From the NCBI GenBank assembly GCA_037135035.1, contig JBAXLB010000001.1, positions 160,465 through 210,024 of the forward strand: DNA of 49,560 bases, written 5' to 3'. Positions 1 through 8,393 of the stretch are shown one piece after another (the first letter of the stretch is position 1; each line of letters begins with the position of its first letter). The DNA is from Candidatus Adlerbacteria bacterium. Lineage in GTDB: Bacteria; Patescibacteriota; Minisyncoccia; Phycocordibacterales; SBAW01. The notes below the pieces were generated by a model that saw only the letters and a list, made by a program, of their open reading frames with translations, was not told where the DNA came from and did no database searches. The position numbers were made by a program, and so were the translations under genes.

Positions 1-1
1 T

Positions 2-439
2 GCACTTCTAAAGTTGTTTGAAGAGCCTGTCCAAGGGACTGTGTTTGTGGTACTTGTACCGCACGGGGCACTTCTTGCAACACTGCGTTCGCGCTTTTTA
101 GCGTATCCGGAAAAGTTAAAAGCCGCGGCTGGAAGTGGGGAGGCGAAAGAATTCCTTTCCTGGCCCTACAAAAAGCGGAGTGACTGGGTGACAGCGTTTG
201 TAAAAAATGATGAAGAAAATACGCGCGAATTGGCTCGCAGTTTTTTGAACGAATTGGAGGCTGTGTTGTATAAATCCCGACGCCTTGAAGGGGTCGGGAC
301 CCCGACCGAAGCGTCGGGGAAAGAAATACGTGAAGGGTTGCAAGACATTGCCCATTTCCGCGACTATTTGTCTGACAGGGCACCGTCGTTAAAGATGATA
401 CTTGAGCATTTTGCCGCAACGCTTCCATTAATTAAATAA
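2..439 (+). CDS. holB: DNA polymerase III delta'-like clamp-loader subunit, C-terminal part (truncated by window edge)
   Basis: Frame from nt 2 reads ALLKLFEEPVQGTVFVVLVP..LLATLRSR, matching the ALLKxxEEP...LLxTIxSR clamp-loader motif. Confidence 0.7.
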   Translation, partial: ALLKLFEEPVQGTVFVVLVPHGALLATLRSRFLAYPEKLKAAAGSGEAKEFLSWPYKKRSDWVTAFVKNDEENTRELARSFLNELEAVLYKSRRLEGVGTPTEASGKEIREGLQDIAHFRDYLSDRAPSLKMILEHFAATLPLIK

Positions 440-443
440 ACTC

Positions 444-1121
444 GTGACTCCCAAAAAATTAGAAGAACGCAAAGAGCGAATTTTAAAGCTGGACAGAGCT
501 CTCAAGAAACTATACCCAAACCCAACTATCGAATTGAACTTTAGCAATACGCTCGAGCTTTTAATTGCCGTACAACTTTCGGCACAGTCGACTGACAAAA
601 ACGTAAATAAAATTACTGAAAAACTTTTCAAAAAATACAAAACATTGAACGACTATGTCCATGCAGGGAAGACACAAAAAAACATAAACGAATTTGAACA
701 AGATATATTCGCATCCGGTTTTTACCGTGCAAAGGCAAAAAACATCCTGAGGGCTGTCAAAATGATTAAGAACGAGTTTGGTGGGGAAGTGCCACGCACT
801 ATTGAAGAGTTGTTGAAGTTGCCCGGTGTCGCGCGCAAGACAGCAACGGTTGTGCTTGCAACTGCGTTTGGGGTTGTTGCGGGTATTACTGTCGACACGC
901 ATGTTATACGGTTTGTGCAGCGGTACGACCTTTCAGACTTTAAAGACGCTGTGCGCATTGAGCGCGACTTGATACAACTTTTGCCAAAAAAAGAGTGGTC
1001 TACGTTTACACATCGGGTTATACACTACGGCCGTTACCTGGCCCCGGCCCGCGTATACGACACGTCCAAAGACCCTCTTGTAAAAATCTACCCTCCTGCT
1101 GCAGAGCGGTTTCGCACATAA
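444..1121 (+). CDS. nth: Endonuclease III (HhH-GPD DNA glycosylase), no Fe-S cysteine motif
   Basis: LLIAVQLSAQSTD, GFYRAKAKNI, HhH LPGVARKTA, VDTHV; GTG start. Confidence 0.93.
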   Translation: MTPKKLEERKERILKLDRALKKLYPNPTIELNFSNTLELLIAVQLSAQSTDKNVNKITEKLFKKYKTLNDYVHAGKTQKNINEFEQDIFASGFYRAKAKNILRAVKMIKNEFGGEVPRTIEELLKLPGVARKTATVVLATAFGVVAGITVDTHVIRFVQRYDLSDFKDAVRIERDLIQLLPKKEWSTFTHRVIHYGRYLAPARVYDTSKDPLVKIYPPAAERFRT

Positions 1122-1128
1122 AGTCACC

Positions 1129-1229
1129 ACGCACTATCTTACTTCTAAGAGTACACAATTTCCTTGCTAGGAAATTGCTCAGTCCTCGGGCCGTCGCCCT
1201 GTGGAGCCTCTTAAAAGCAAATAGTGCGT
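1129..1229. repeat. Intergenic palindromic element; its 58-bp core (1151-1208) is the exact reverse complement of 2053-2110 inside rseP
   Basis: Outer inverted repeat acgcactat/atagtgcgt; inner hairpins caatttcct-tgct-aggaaattg and gggc-cgtc-gccc. Confidence 0.9.
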
Positions 1230-1246
1230 TATGTTATGATACCTAT

Positions 1247-1798
1247 ATGGCATACGACTTTAAACCCTTCGACACACGTATTAAAGAAATTAGCGAACAC
1301 GTACAGCTTGAAATGGCCGGCATCCGCACGGGCCGTGCGGCACCCACTATCTTGGACGGCGTGCAGGTGGAAAGCTACGGCACTCGCATGCCGATAAACC
1401 AGGTTGCAAACATTTCTATCGAAGACGCCCGCACGTTGCGCATCACCCCATGGGATGCCAGTCAGGCTAAAGAAATTGAAAAAGCAATTGTGCAGGCAAA
1501 CCTGGGTATTTCTGTTGGGGCCGACGAAAAAGGCGTCCGCGTATTTTTCCCTGAACTAACGTCCGAGCGCCGTACGACACTTGTAAAATTGGCAAAGGAG
1601 CGCATTGAAGAAAGCAAAACCTCTCTGCGTGTTGCACGTGACGAAGTCTGGTCGGATATCCAAAAAAAGGAACGCGACGGCGAGATGCCCGAAGACGACA
1701 AGTTCCGTAACAAAGACGAAATGCAAAAAAAAGTCGATGCGGCAAACAAAGCATTTGACGAAGTGCTCGCACGGAAAGAAAAAGAAATTTCAGGCTAA
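1247..1798 (+). CDS. frr: Ribosome recycling factor
   Basis: IRTGRAAP, LRITPWD, FFPELTSERR, LARKEKEI; start moved to ATG 1247, 6 nt after TATGAT. Confidence 0.96.
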   Translation: MAYDFKPFDTRIKEISEHVQLEMAGIRTGRAAPTILDGVQVESYGTRMPINQVANISIEDARTLRITPWDASQAKEIEKAIVQANLGISVGADEKGVRVFFPELTSERRTTLVKLAKERIEESKTSLRVARDEVWSDIQKKERDGEMPEDDKFRNKDEMQKKVDAANKAFDEVLARKEKEISG

Positions 1799-1804
1799 TT
1801 TTGT

Positions 1805-2992
1805 ATGAGCCTGATTATCTTCATCCTTATACTGGTTTCCTTGATACTCGTGCACGAGTTTGGGCATTTTATAATTGCCAAAGCGTTCGGTATCCGTGTC
1901 GACGAGTTCGGTATTTTTTTCCCGCCGCGCATCTTTGCTATTAAATGGAGAGGCACAGAATATTCTTTAAATTGGTTGCCGTTTGGCGGGTTTGTTAAAA
2001 TCTTTGGAGAGAATGGCGAGCAGACAGACGTAGGGACTAGTATCGAGGGAGGGGCTCCACAGGGCGACGGCCCGAGGACTGAGCAATTTCCTAGCAAGGA
2101 AATTGTGTACCCGACACCGGTAGCTAGTCCCGTAGATTCTTTCGTGCACAAACCGCGCCCGGTACAAGCGGCTGTTATAGTCGCCGGTATTGTTTTTAAC
2201 TTAGCGTTTGCGTGGTTGATACTTTCGGCCGGGTACATGGTAGGTATCCCAACATCAGCCGACCACAAAGGTTTTGGTGTTGTACAAAACGCCCATGCAA
2301 CTATTGTCGATGTACTGCCAGGCTCGCCGGCAGACAAAGCGGGGCTAAAGGCGGGTGATGTGGTTGAAACTGTTATCACCGGCACGGCAAGCTTGCAGGC
2401 AGGCGCCACTGCAGAGGACGTGCAGCAGTTTATCGCAGCACACCAAGACGAAAGTATTGGCCTTACGGTAGGGCGGGGTAGTGCAGAAATAAGTGTCATT
2501 GCAGTACCAGTGGGAGGAATTGCCGAAGGCCACAAAGCACTTGGTGTTGCACTTGGCGACGTTGGTGTGCTCAAACTTTCTCTTTTTCCGGCACTTGGTC
2601 AAGGTGCACTGTTAGCTAAAGAAATTACTATTTCAACTGCAGCAGGGTTGCTTGGCTTTTTTGCACAAATTTTCCACGGCACAGCAGACTTTGCTGGTGT
2701 GAGCGGCCCTATTGGTATTGCGGGCATGGGCAGCACGGCAGTGCAGGAAGGAATTATCGCGACAATTATCTTGACCGCGCTTATCTCCATAAACTTGGCA
2801 ATTATTAACCTGCTCCCAATTCCTGGCCTCGACGGTGGCCGCCTGTTGTTTATTGTTATCGAAGCAATTACCCGCCGCCCAATTTCCCCGCGCTTTACAC
2901 TCGCGTTTACTCTTGCCGGTTTTGGCCTCCTCATTTTGCTGATGGTAGTTGTGTCGTATCACGACGTGCTCAACTTGGTGCGCCCGGTGTAA
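1805..2992 (+). CDS. rseP: Site-2 protease RseP (M50, PDZ) with a ~34-aa in-frame insertion
   Basis: HEFGH, LPFGGFVKI, PDZ SPADKAGLKAGD, NLLPIPGLDGG. Confidence 0.95.
   Translation: MSLIIFILILVSLILVHEFGHFIIAKAFGIRVDEFGIFFPPRIFAIKWRGTEYSLNWLPFGGFVKIFGENGEQTDVGTSIEGGAPQGDGPRTEQFPSKEIVYPTPVASPVDSFVHKPRPVQAAVIVAGIVFNLAFAWLILSAGYMVGIPTSADHKGFGVVQNAHATIVDVLPGSPADKAGLKAGDVVETVITGTASLQAGATAEDVQQFIAAHQDESIGLTVGRGSAEISVIAVPVGGIAEGHKALGVALGDVGVLKLSLFPALGQGALLAKEITISTAAGLLGFFAQIFHGTADFAGVSGPIGIAGMGSTAVQEGIIATIILTALISINLAIINLLPIPGLDGGRLLFIVIEAITRRPISPRFTLAFTLAGFGLLILLMVVVSYHDVLNLVRPV
2030..2134. mobile_element. MITE-like palindromic element inserted in-frame in rseP
   Basis: GTA-gggactag(2033-2040)...ctagtccc(2124-2131)-GTA: 8-bp TIR and 3-bp direct repeat, net 102 bp; contains the 58-bp repeat. 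Confidence 0.75.
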
Positions 2993-3041
2993 ATAAAAAA
3001 AGAAGACCCCGCTTTCTTCCGGAAGGAAGTTGCGAGGTCTT
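2993..3041 (-). terminator. Intrinsic terminator of cassette A
   Basis: Imperfect GC hairpin followed on the minus strand by TTCTTTTTTTAT; abuts rseP stop. Confidence 0.7.
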
Positions 3042-3062
3042 GAAGAATGAGTGGTAGTTGAT

Positions 3063-4085
3063 CTACCAGAGATTATCGTTGCCGAGACGTCCGTTGACGA
3101 TAGCGCACAGCTGATCCCAGCTCAACTTGGTGCGTTCCTCGGGCTCAAGAGGAGCCTTTTTGCTACCGCACAGGATGAGCCTTGTCCCACCGTTTTCGCC
3201 AGGGTGTGCATACCAGCCGCCGAAATACTTGTTCGGCCCTGTTGCCCGCAGGTCATGGCCGGCAGCATCGATGCCCCGTGCCTTGGCTTCGGCGATGCGG
3301 ATAGCACTGACGACGCTCAGCATTCCCTTCTCGACCGCGTTGGGAGCGTTGCGGTTGAGAGCAATGCCAACCTGGAAGTGCTTGCGCTTCAAGATCGTCC
3401 ACATTACGACGTCGGCGCCGTCTTCGAATGCGGCGTCACGCAATTGAGGATTTCCCCAGAGCAGACAGACGTTCATGCCGTTCTCTAGGGTGTAGCGCTT
3501 GCTGAGCTTGTGGAGATTCACGGCGCTCTGCAGACGTGACGTTTCTTGGTTGTAGAGGATGTCGAACATTTCGAACGCCCTCTGACAACATGTTCCCCAG
3601 TCGATTTCGTTCGACGTGTGGTCGCGGTGGTAGTTGGCCAGGCCGCGAAGTTGGTAGTGCAGTGACAGCCGGTCGACCTGTTCGGCTCGATCGGTTGCGA
3701 CCGTCAGCTTGATGAAGGGCCACAGGCCTTCATCCGTGTGGAAGCCGTAGTGCTCGCACATGAGCTTGAAGCTCGAAGTGTCCGTAAGGCCCTTGCCGTG
3801 TTGGTCTAGCGGTCCGCCTCCCGTGTCCATTTCCAGGACCCGGTGGCCGACTCTGTCCTCGTCCGGCAGCGGAACACCTGCGGGCAACAGGACAACTTTG
3901 TATTCGCTGTCTCCCACGATGAACCGAACGGCCTTCCACAAGCATGCGTAGGCGTCGGTGTCGGGGTGTCTGTGGGTGACAAGAATGAAGGGGAGGTCTT
4001 CATCGAGGTTGGGAACCCAGGCTTTCACCTTTGCTCTCAATCTCGCTTGTGCTTCATCGTACCGAAGCTGCAGGAGGGTCTCCAT
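3063..4085 (-). CDS. Cassette A: DHH/MYG1-like putative phosphoesterase
   Basis: LVTHRHPDTDA (HxxPDxD) and EMDTGGGPLDQH motifs; SD AAAGGA 7 nt upstream of ATG. Confidence 0.65.
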   Translation of the reverse strand: METLLQLRYDEAQARLRAKVKAWVPNLDEDLPFILVTHRHPDTDAYACLWKAVRFIVGDSEYKVVLLPAGVPLPDEDRVGHRVLEMDTGGGPLDQHGKGLTDTSSFKLMCEHYGFHTDEGLWPFIKLTVATDRAEQVDRLSLHYQLRGLANYHRDHTSNEIDWGTCCQRAFEMFDILYNQETSRLQSAVNLHKLSKRYTLENGMNVCLLWGNPQLRDAAFEDGADVVMWTILKRKHFQVGIALNRNAPNAVEKGMLSVVSAIRIAEAKARGIDAAGHDLRATGPNKYFGGWYAHPGENGGTRLILCGSKKAPLEPEERTKLSWDQLCAIVNGRLGNDNLW

Positions 4086-4141
4086 GCACGTATCCTTTCA
4101 ACAGTAGAGAGTGTGGCTAACACCCGGGAACAGCCTTTAGA

Positions 4142-4170
4142 ATAATAGCATGTTTAATATTAAAAGTCAA
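4142..4170 (-). promoter_or_regulatory. Sigma70-type promoter of cassette A
   Basis: TTGACT-17-(TGc)TATTAT. Confidence 0.8.
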
Positions 4171-4178
4171 TAGAGATC

Positions 4179-4218
4179 ATAAAAAAAGAAAGCCGCTCCA
4201 GGTGTTACTGGAGCGGCT
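4179..4218 (-). terminator. Intrinsic terminator of cassette B
   Basis: Perfect 11-bp stem agccgctccag/ctggagcggct, tail TTTCTTTTTTTAT. Confidence 0.85.
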
Positions 4219-4236
4219 GTAGTCGTGCCTTGCGGC

Positions 4237-4947
4237 TTAGCGCTTTTTGTCTTTCGCCTTGGGCTTGCGGTGCTGCATAGTCTTTTCGCCCTTGGCCAGA
4301 TTGACCACGTTCTCGGTCTCGCTGGCGATTGACCAGCCAGCCGCCAGGAGGCGGTCGAGTTGTCCGTCGCCAGTGGACTGACGTGCCGGCGCGGAAGGAG
4401 TATTTTTCTCCAGCACCGACGGCGTAGTGGTTTCGAGGGTCGGCATCTCGAGCTTCATCGCGGTGAGTGGTACGAGAACCACTGCACCCTTGAGATGCCC
4501 CGGCGTCTTGAACGTGGTCCAGTCCGCCTCGGCGTAGGGGATTAGCCTCTTCGCCTTATCGTTGAATCCGTAGAGCACGAAGATCGCGTGGGTCGCTGCG
4601 ATGTGCATAGACGTCGGCAGGAGGTCGACATAGACGAACTTACGCCCGTCCTCCATGTCCTTCTGCCAGATCTTCGCACGGGCGACGATAGTGTCGCCGT
4701 AGTAGGCTTCCAGCTCCTCGGCAGTTTCGCCGTGCACGAAGAAGTTGAGTATCCCCCCGTGCACGTTGTGCTTGAACTGGAGGAAGTGGATCGTCCGACC
4801 CGCATCCTCCACCGTGCTCCTGCGTGCTTCGAGCGGCACGGCGACCTGCACGACACTGCCCTCGTGCAAGAGTTTCCGGTCCAGAACGGGGACAGGAACG
4901 CGGGGTGACGAGGCTTCCGTCGGAGCGGCTGCATTTAAACCCGTCAT
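4237..4947 (-). CDS. Cassette B: hypothetical protein (236 aa)
   Basis: Long ORF with SD AAAGGA, own promoter and terminator; no family recognised. Confidence 0.75.
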   Translation of the reverse strand: MTGLNAAAPTEASSPRVPVPVLDRKLLHEGSVVQVAVPLEARRSTVEDAGRTIHFLQFKHNVHGGILNFFVHGETAEELEAYYGDTIVARAKIWQKDMEDGRKFVYVDLLPTSMHIAATHAIFVLYGFNDKAKRLIPYAEADWTTFKTPGHLKGAVVLVPLTAMKLEMPTLETTTPSVLEKNTPSAPARQSTGDGQLDRLLAAGWSIASETENVVNLAKGEKTMQHRKPKAKDKKR

Positions 4948-4999
4948 GGGTATTTCCTTTGAGTGTATGCCCGGCTAAAGGCGATGTACGGCCGAAAGC

Positions 5000-5028
5000 A
5001 CATTAACATAATACTTTAATAAAGTCAA
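5000..5028 (-). promoter_or_regulatory. Sigma70-type promoter of cassette B
   Basis: TTGACT-17-(TGt)TAATGT. Confidence 0.7.
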
Positions 5029-5079
5029 ATTATTTTACATCGTTTTGCACCAACAGTATTTTCCCCGTACAATGTCGGA

Positions 5080-6327
5080 ATGAAGCAATCTAAACTATTT
5101 GTAAAAACTCGCCGCGAGGCACCAAAAGACGAAGTTTCTAAAAACGCGCAGCTGCTTATCCGCGCAGGCTACGTACATAAAGAAATGGCGGGGGTGTATT
5201 CGTATCTGCCGCTTGGCCGTCGTGTGCTGCAAAAGGTAGAGCAAATAATCCGCGAAGAGATGGATGCCATTGGTGGGCAGGAAATCCGCATGGCAACACT
5301 GCACCCAAGCGAACCGTGGAAGCAAACAGGCGCATGGGACGGTGTTGATGTGTTGTTTAAAATAAACAGCCGAACTGAAAAAGAATATGCGCTCGGCCAA
5401 AGCGAGGAAGAAATTGTAACGCCGATAGCGCAGCAATATGTTACGTCATACAAAGACTTGCCCGTTGCTATTTACCAAATTGGGCAAAAGTACCGCGACG
5501 AGTTGCGTGCAAAAAGCGGCATCATGCGCGGACGCGAGTTTGGCATGAAGGACATGTATTCCTTCCATGCAACACAGGAAGATTTTGACCGTTTTTATGC
5601 AGTCGTTAAAGGCGCATATTTAAATGTCTATAAGCGCATGGGGTTAGTTGCAAAAGTAACCGAAGCATCGGGCGGCTCATTTAGCGAAAAAATTTCCTAT
5701 GAGTTTGAGGTACTTACCGACGCAGGCGAAGATGTTATTTTTTATTGCGAAAATTGCGACTTTTGTGTCGAAGACGAAATTGCAAAAATAAAACCGGGCG
5801 AGGCGTGTCCGCGCTGCTCCGTTGGTGTGCTTAAAGAAGCGAAGTCGGTGGAAGTTGGCAACGTGTTTGACCTGGGGCAGAAATATCCAAAAGCATTTAA
5901 CTTTACCTACAAAGCAGAAGACGGCACCGACCACCACCCAATTGTGGGCTGCTTTGGCATTGGTACCACACGTTTGATGGGAACCATTGTTGAAGTCTTT
6001 GCCGATGAAAAGGGAATTGTCTGGCCGGAGAGTGTCGCACCGTTCCGTGTGCACTTGATAGAAATTGCCAACGACAACGACGATGTAAAAAAAGAAGCAG
6101 CAGAGCTGTATCGCGAATTGAATGAAGCAGGTGTAGAAGTGTTGTGGGACGACCGCGACGCACGCGCAGGCGAGAAGTTTGCTGACAGCGAGCTGATGGG
6201 AATACCCTTGCGTGTAGTAGTTTCTGAAAAAACATTAGCTGCAGGTAAGTTCGAATGTGTGCACCGTGCAAGTGGCAAGACCGAACATAAAAGCATTACT
6301 GAACTGATAGGACACCTGACCGCATGA
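5080..6327 (+). CDS. proS: Proline--tRNA ligase (short form without INS editing domain)
   Basis: LLIRAGY, YSYLPLG, KYRDELRAKSGIMRGREFGMKDMYSF, EVGNVFDLG, GEKFADSELMG. Confidence 0.96.
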   Translation: MKQSKLFVKTRREAPKDEVSKNAQLLIRAGYVHKEMAGVYSYLPLGRRVLQKVEQIIREEMDAIGGQEIRMATLHPSEPWKQTGAWDGVDVLFKINSRTEKEYALGQSEEEIVTPIAQQYVTSYKDLPVAIYQIGQKYRDELRAKSGIMRGREFGMKDMYSFHATQEDFDRFYAVVKGAYLNVYKRMGLVAKVTEASGGSFSEKISYEFEVLTDAGEDVIFYCENCDFCVEDEIAKIKPGEACPRCSVGVLKEAKSVEVGNVFDLGQKYPKAFNFTYKAEDGTDHHPIVGCFGIGTTRLMGTIVEVFADEKGIVWPESVAPFRVHLIEIANDNDDVKKEAAELYRELNEAGVEVLWDDRDARAGEKFADSELMGIPLRVVVSEKTLAAGKFECVHRASGKTEHKSITELIGHLTA

Positions 6328-7373
6328 GCAAAATTCTTGACCGCCTTCTACCCTTTATATCAAACGATGTCGGCATCGACTTAGGCACTGCAAACACACT
6401 CGTGTATTTGCGGGGTAGGGGGATTGTGGTTAACGAACCGTCCGTTGTTGCCGTAAACCAAAAAACAGGCCAGGTGGTTGCTGTTGGCCGTACTGCAAAA
6501 GACATGTTGGGTCGCACACCTGGGCACTTGGTCGCCGTGCGCCCACTTGTCGATGGTGTTGTGTCGGACTTCGAAGCGACAGAAGAGATGATTGCGTACC
6601 TTATAAACCAAGCGCAGGGAGTGTCGCGCAAACTGCTCGGACCGCGCGCCGTGATTGGTGTGCCTGCAGGTATTACAAATGTTGAAATGCGCGCCGTAAA
6701 AGATGCCGCGCAAAACGCCGGCGCGCGCGAAGTGCATATTGTTGAAGAACCTGTCGCCGCAGCACTTGGTGTGCGCATGCCAATACGCGAAGCGGTCGGC
6801 AGCATGATTGTCGACATTGGCGGGGGCACAGTAGACATTGCGGTGCTTTCGCTTGGAGGCATTGTCCGTGCCAAAAACTTGCGCAGTGCCGGCGACAAAC
6901 TTAACCAAGACATCATTGGCTACGTGCGTTCGGAATTTAAAATTTTGATTGGTGAAAAAACCGCAGAAGAAGTGAAGATGGCAATAGGCTCGGTTATTGA
7001 AGGCGGCGAAAATCTGCAGGCAGTGGTGCGTGGCCGCGACCTCATTACCGGCTTGCCACGCGAGATTATTTTGACCGACCAGGACATCCGCGAAGCAATT
7101 TCGCAGTCTATAGACACACTTGTCGACTCAGTGCGCGAAGTGCTGGAAACAACGCCGCCCGAAATCCTTTCCGACATAATGCGCTCGGGTATTACACTGG
7201 TGGGCGGGGGTGCCCTGCTGAAAGGGCTCGACCAATTGTTAACGCAATGGCTTAAGGTCCCTGTGGTTGTTGCCGACGACCCACTCACTGCAGTTGCACG
7301 CGGCACGGGTGTGATTTTAGAAAATTTGGGGTTGCATCAAGATTTACTTTTGGAATATGGCGAAGACTTTTAA
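6324..7373 (+). CDS. mreB: Rod shape-determining protein MreB
   Basis: GIDLGTANT, EPSVVA, VDIGGGT, GGGALLKGLD. Confidence 0.97.
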   Translation: MSKILDRLLPFISNDVGIDLGTANTLVYLRGRGIVVNEPSVVAVNQKTGQVVAVGRTAKDMLGRTPGHLVAVRPLVDGVVSDFEATEEMIAYLINQAQGVSRKLLGPRAVIGVPAGITNVEMRAVKDAAQNAGAREVHIVEEPVAAALGVRMPIREAVGSMIVDIGGGTVDIAVLSLGGIVRAKNLRSAGDKLNQDIIGYVRSEFKILIGEKTAEEVKMAIGSVIEGGENLQAVVRGRDLITGLPREIILTDQDIREAISQSIDTLVDSVREVLETTPPEILSDIMRSGITLVGGGALLKGLDQLLTQWLKVPVVVADDPLTAVARGTGVILENLGLHQDLLLEYGEDF

Positions 7374-8106
7374 CACGGGTCGCGGCAGGAGGGGTGGTAT
7401 GGGTGGAGTATCTGCTGCCCTTGTGTGGGGAGTAGTGTTGCTGTGTGTGTTTGGTGCCGTAGTTTTTTGGCGTGCTTCGCTTGCTGGTTTTTTTTGGGAC
7501 GCACTGGTGCCTCTTCAACACTTTCGTAGTGCGCTTGGCGCATCGGACACTACACGCCTGCAGGCAGAACTTGCATCAACAACTGCGCATGTTGCCGACC
7601 GCGACGCGTTATACAAAGAAAATATAGAACTAAAAGCACGCCTCGGCCGCGACGCAGGAGTGCAAACTATTTTAGGTGGGGTCATTATGCGCCCGCCGGG
7701 CATACCGTACGACACTCTTATTATTGACGCTGGTGTAGCCGAAGGGGTTGCAGCGGGGCAGCTAGTCTACGCTGGAGGTACTTCGCTTATTGGCACCGTG
7801 GGCCAGGCATATGCGCACACTGCGCGTGTGGTGCTCTTTTCAACAGCAGGGGAAACATACGACGTACTCCTAAAAGGCTCGGTGCCTCTTACTATGCAGG
7901 GGCAGGGCGGCGGGTCGTTTGTGGGCCAAGTCCCTGCGGGTACTCCTGTTGCTGCGGGAGACACACTTGTCTTCCCTGGTGTGGCGAGTGGCTTTGCCGG
8001 AATCGTTGTAAAAGTCGACGCGCGCCAGGCCGAGTCGTTCCAAACAGTGTATGCGCGGCTGCCGGTAGACCCCCTTACATTGCGCTACGTTGAAGTTCGC
8101 AAGTAA
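7357..8106 (+). CDS. mreC: Rod shape-determining protein MreC
   Basis: N-terminal TM, coiled coil LYKENIELKARL, YDTLIIDAG; follows mreB. Confidence 0.85.
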   Translation: MAKTFNTGRGRRGGMGGVSAALVWGVVLLCVFGAVVFWRASLAGFFWDALVPLQHFRSALGASDTTRLQAELASTTAHVADRDALYKENIELKARLGRDAGVQTILGGVIMRPPGIPYDTLIIDAGVAEGVAAGQLVYAGGTSLIGTVGQAYAHTARVVLFSTAGETYDVLLKGSVPLTMQGQGGGSFVGQVPAGTPVAAGDTLVFPGVASGFAGIVVKVDARQAESFQTVYARLPVDPLTLRYVEVRK

Positions 8107-8111
8107 CCAGT

Positions 8112-8378
8112 ATGTTTCGCGACTCAAAACTTGTATCTGCCGCTGCAGTCCTTTTTATACTACTTGCCTTTTTATTTTCGTGGTGGCCGTTTGCCCTTGT
8201 TGGGGTAGTGCTTGCGGCACTCTGTGGCCGCGCTGTCACTGCAGTAGTGCTGGCACTTGTACTCGACTGTGCATACGGGGTACCAAGCGGATATGTACAC
8301 TTCATATTTTTCCCCTTCACGTTTTTGGCACTATGTATTGTGTGCGCGCGCGCAGTCCTTGCGCGGCATATGCGCTAG
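8112..8378 (+). CDS. Small membrane protein in the mreD position
   Basis: 88 aa, hydrophobic, between mreC and mrdA. Confidence 0.6.
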   Translation: MFRDSKLVSAAAVLFILLAFLFSWWPFALVGVVLAALCGRAVTAVVLALVLDCAYGVPSGYVHFIFFPFTFLALCIVCARAVLARHMR

Positions 8379-8393
8379 AAGCATACTGGAGTG

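Noticed and set aside
995-1246. 84-codon 5' extension of the frr ORF in the track
   Set aside because: It overlaps nth and runs through the palindromic repeat; RRF homology and a -10 box point to ATG 1247
1795-2574. 259-aa antisense ORF over rseP, and similar long antisense ORFs over mreB, aspS and pepA
   Set aside because: Shadows of well-supported genes on the other strand; Ser/Thr/Pro-rich with no motifs
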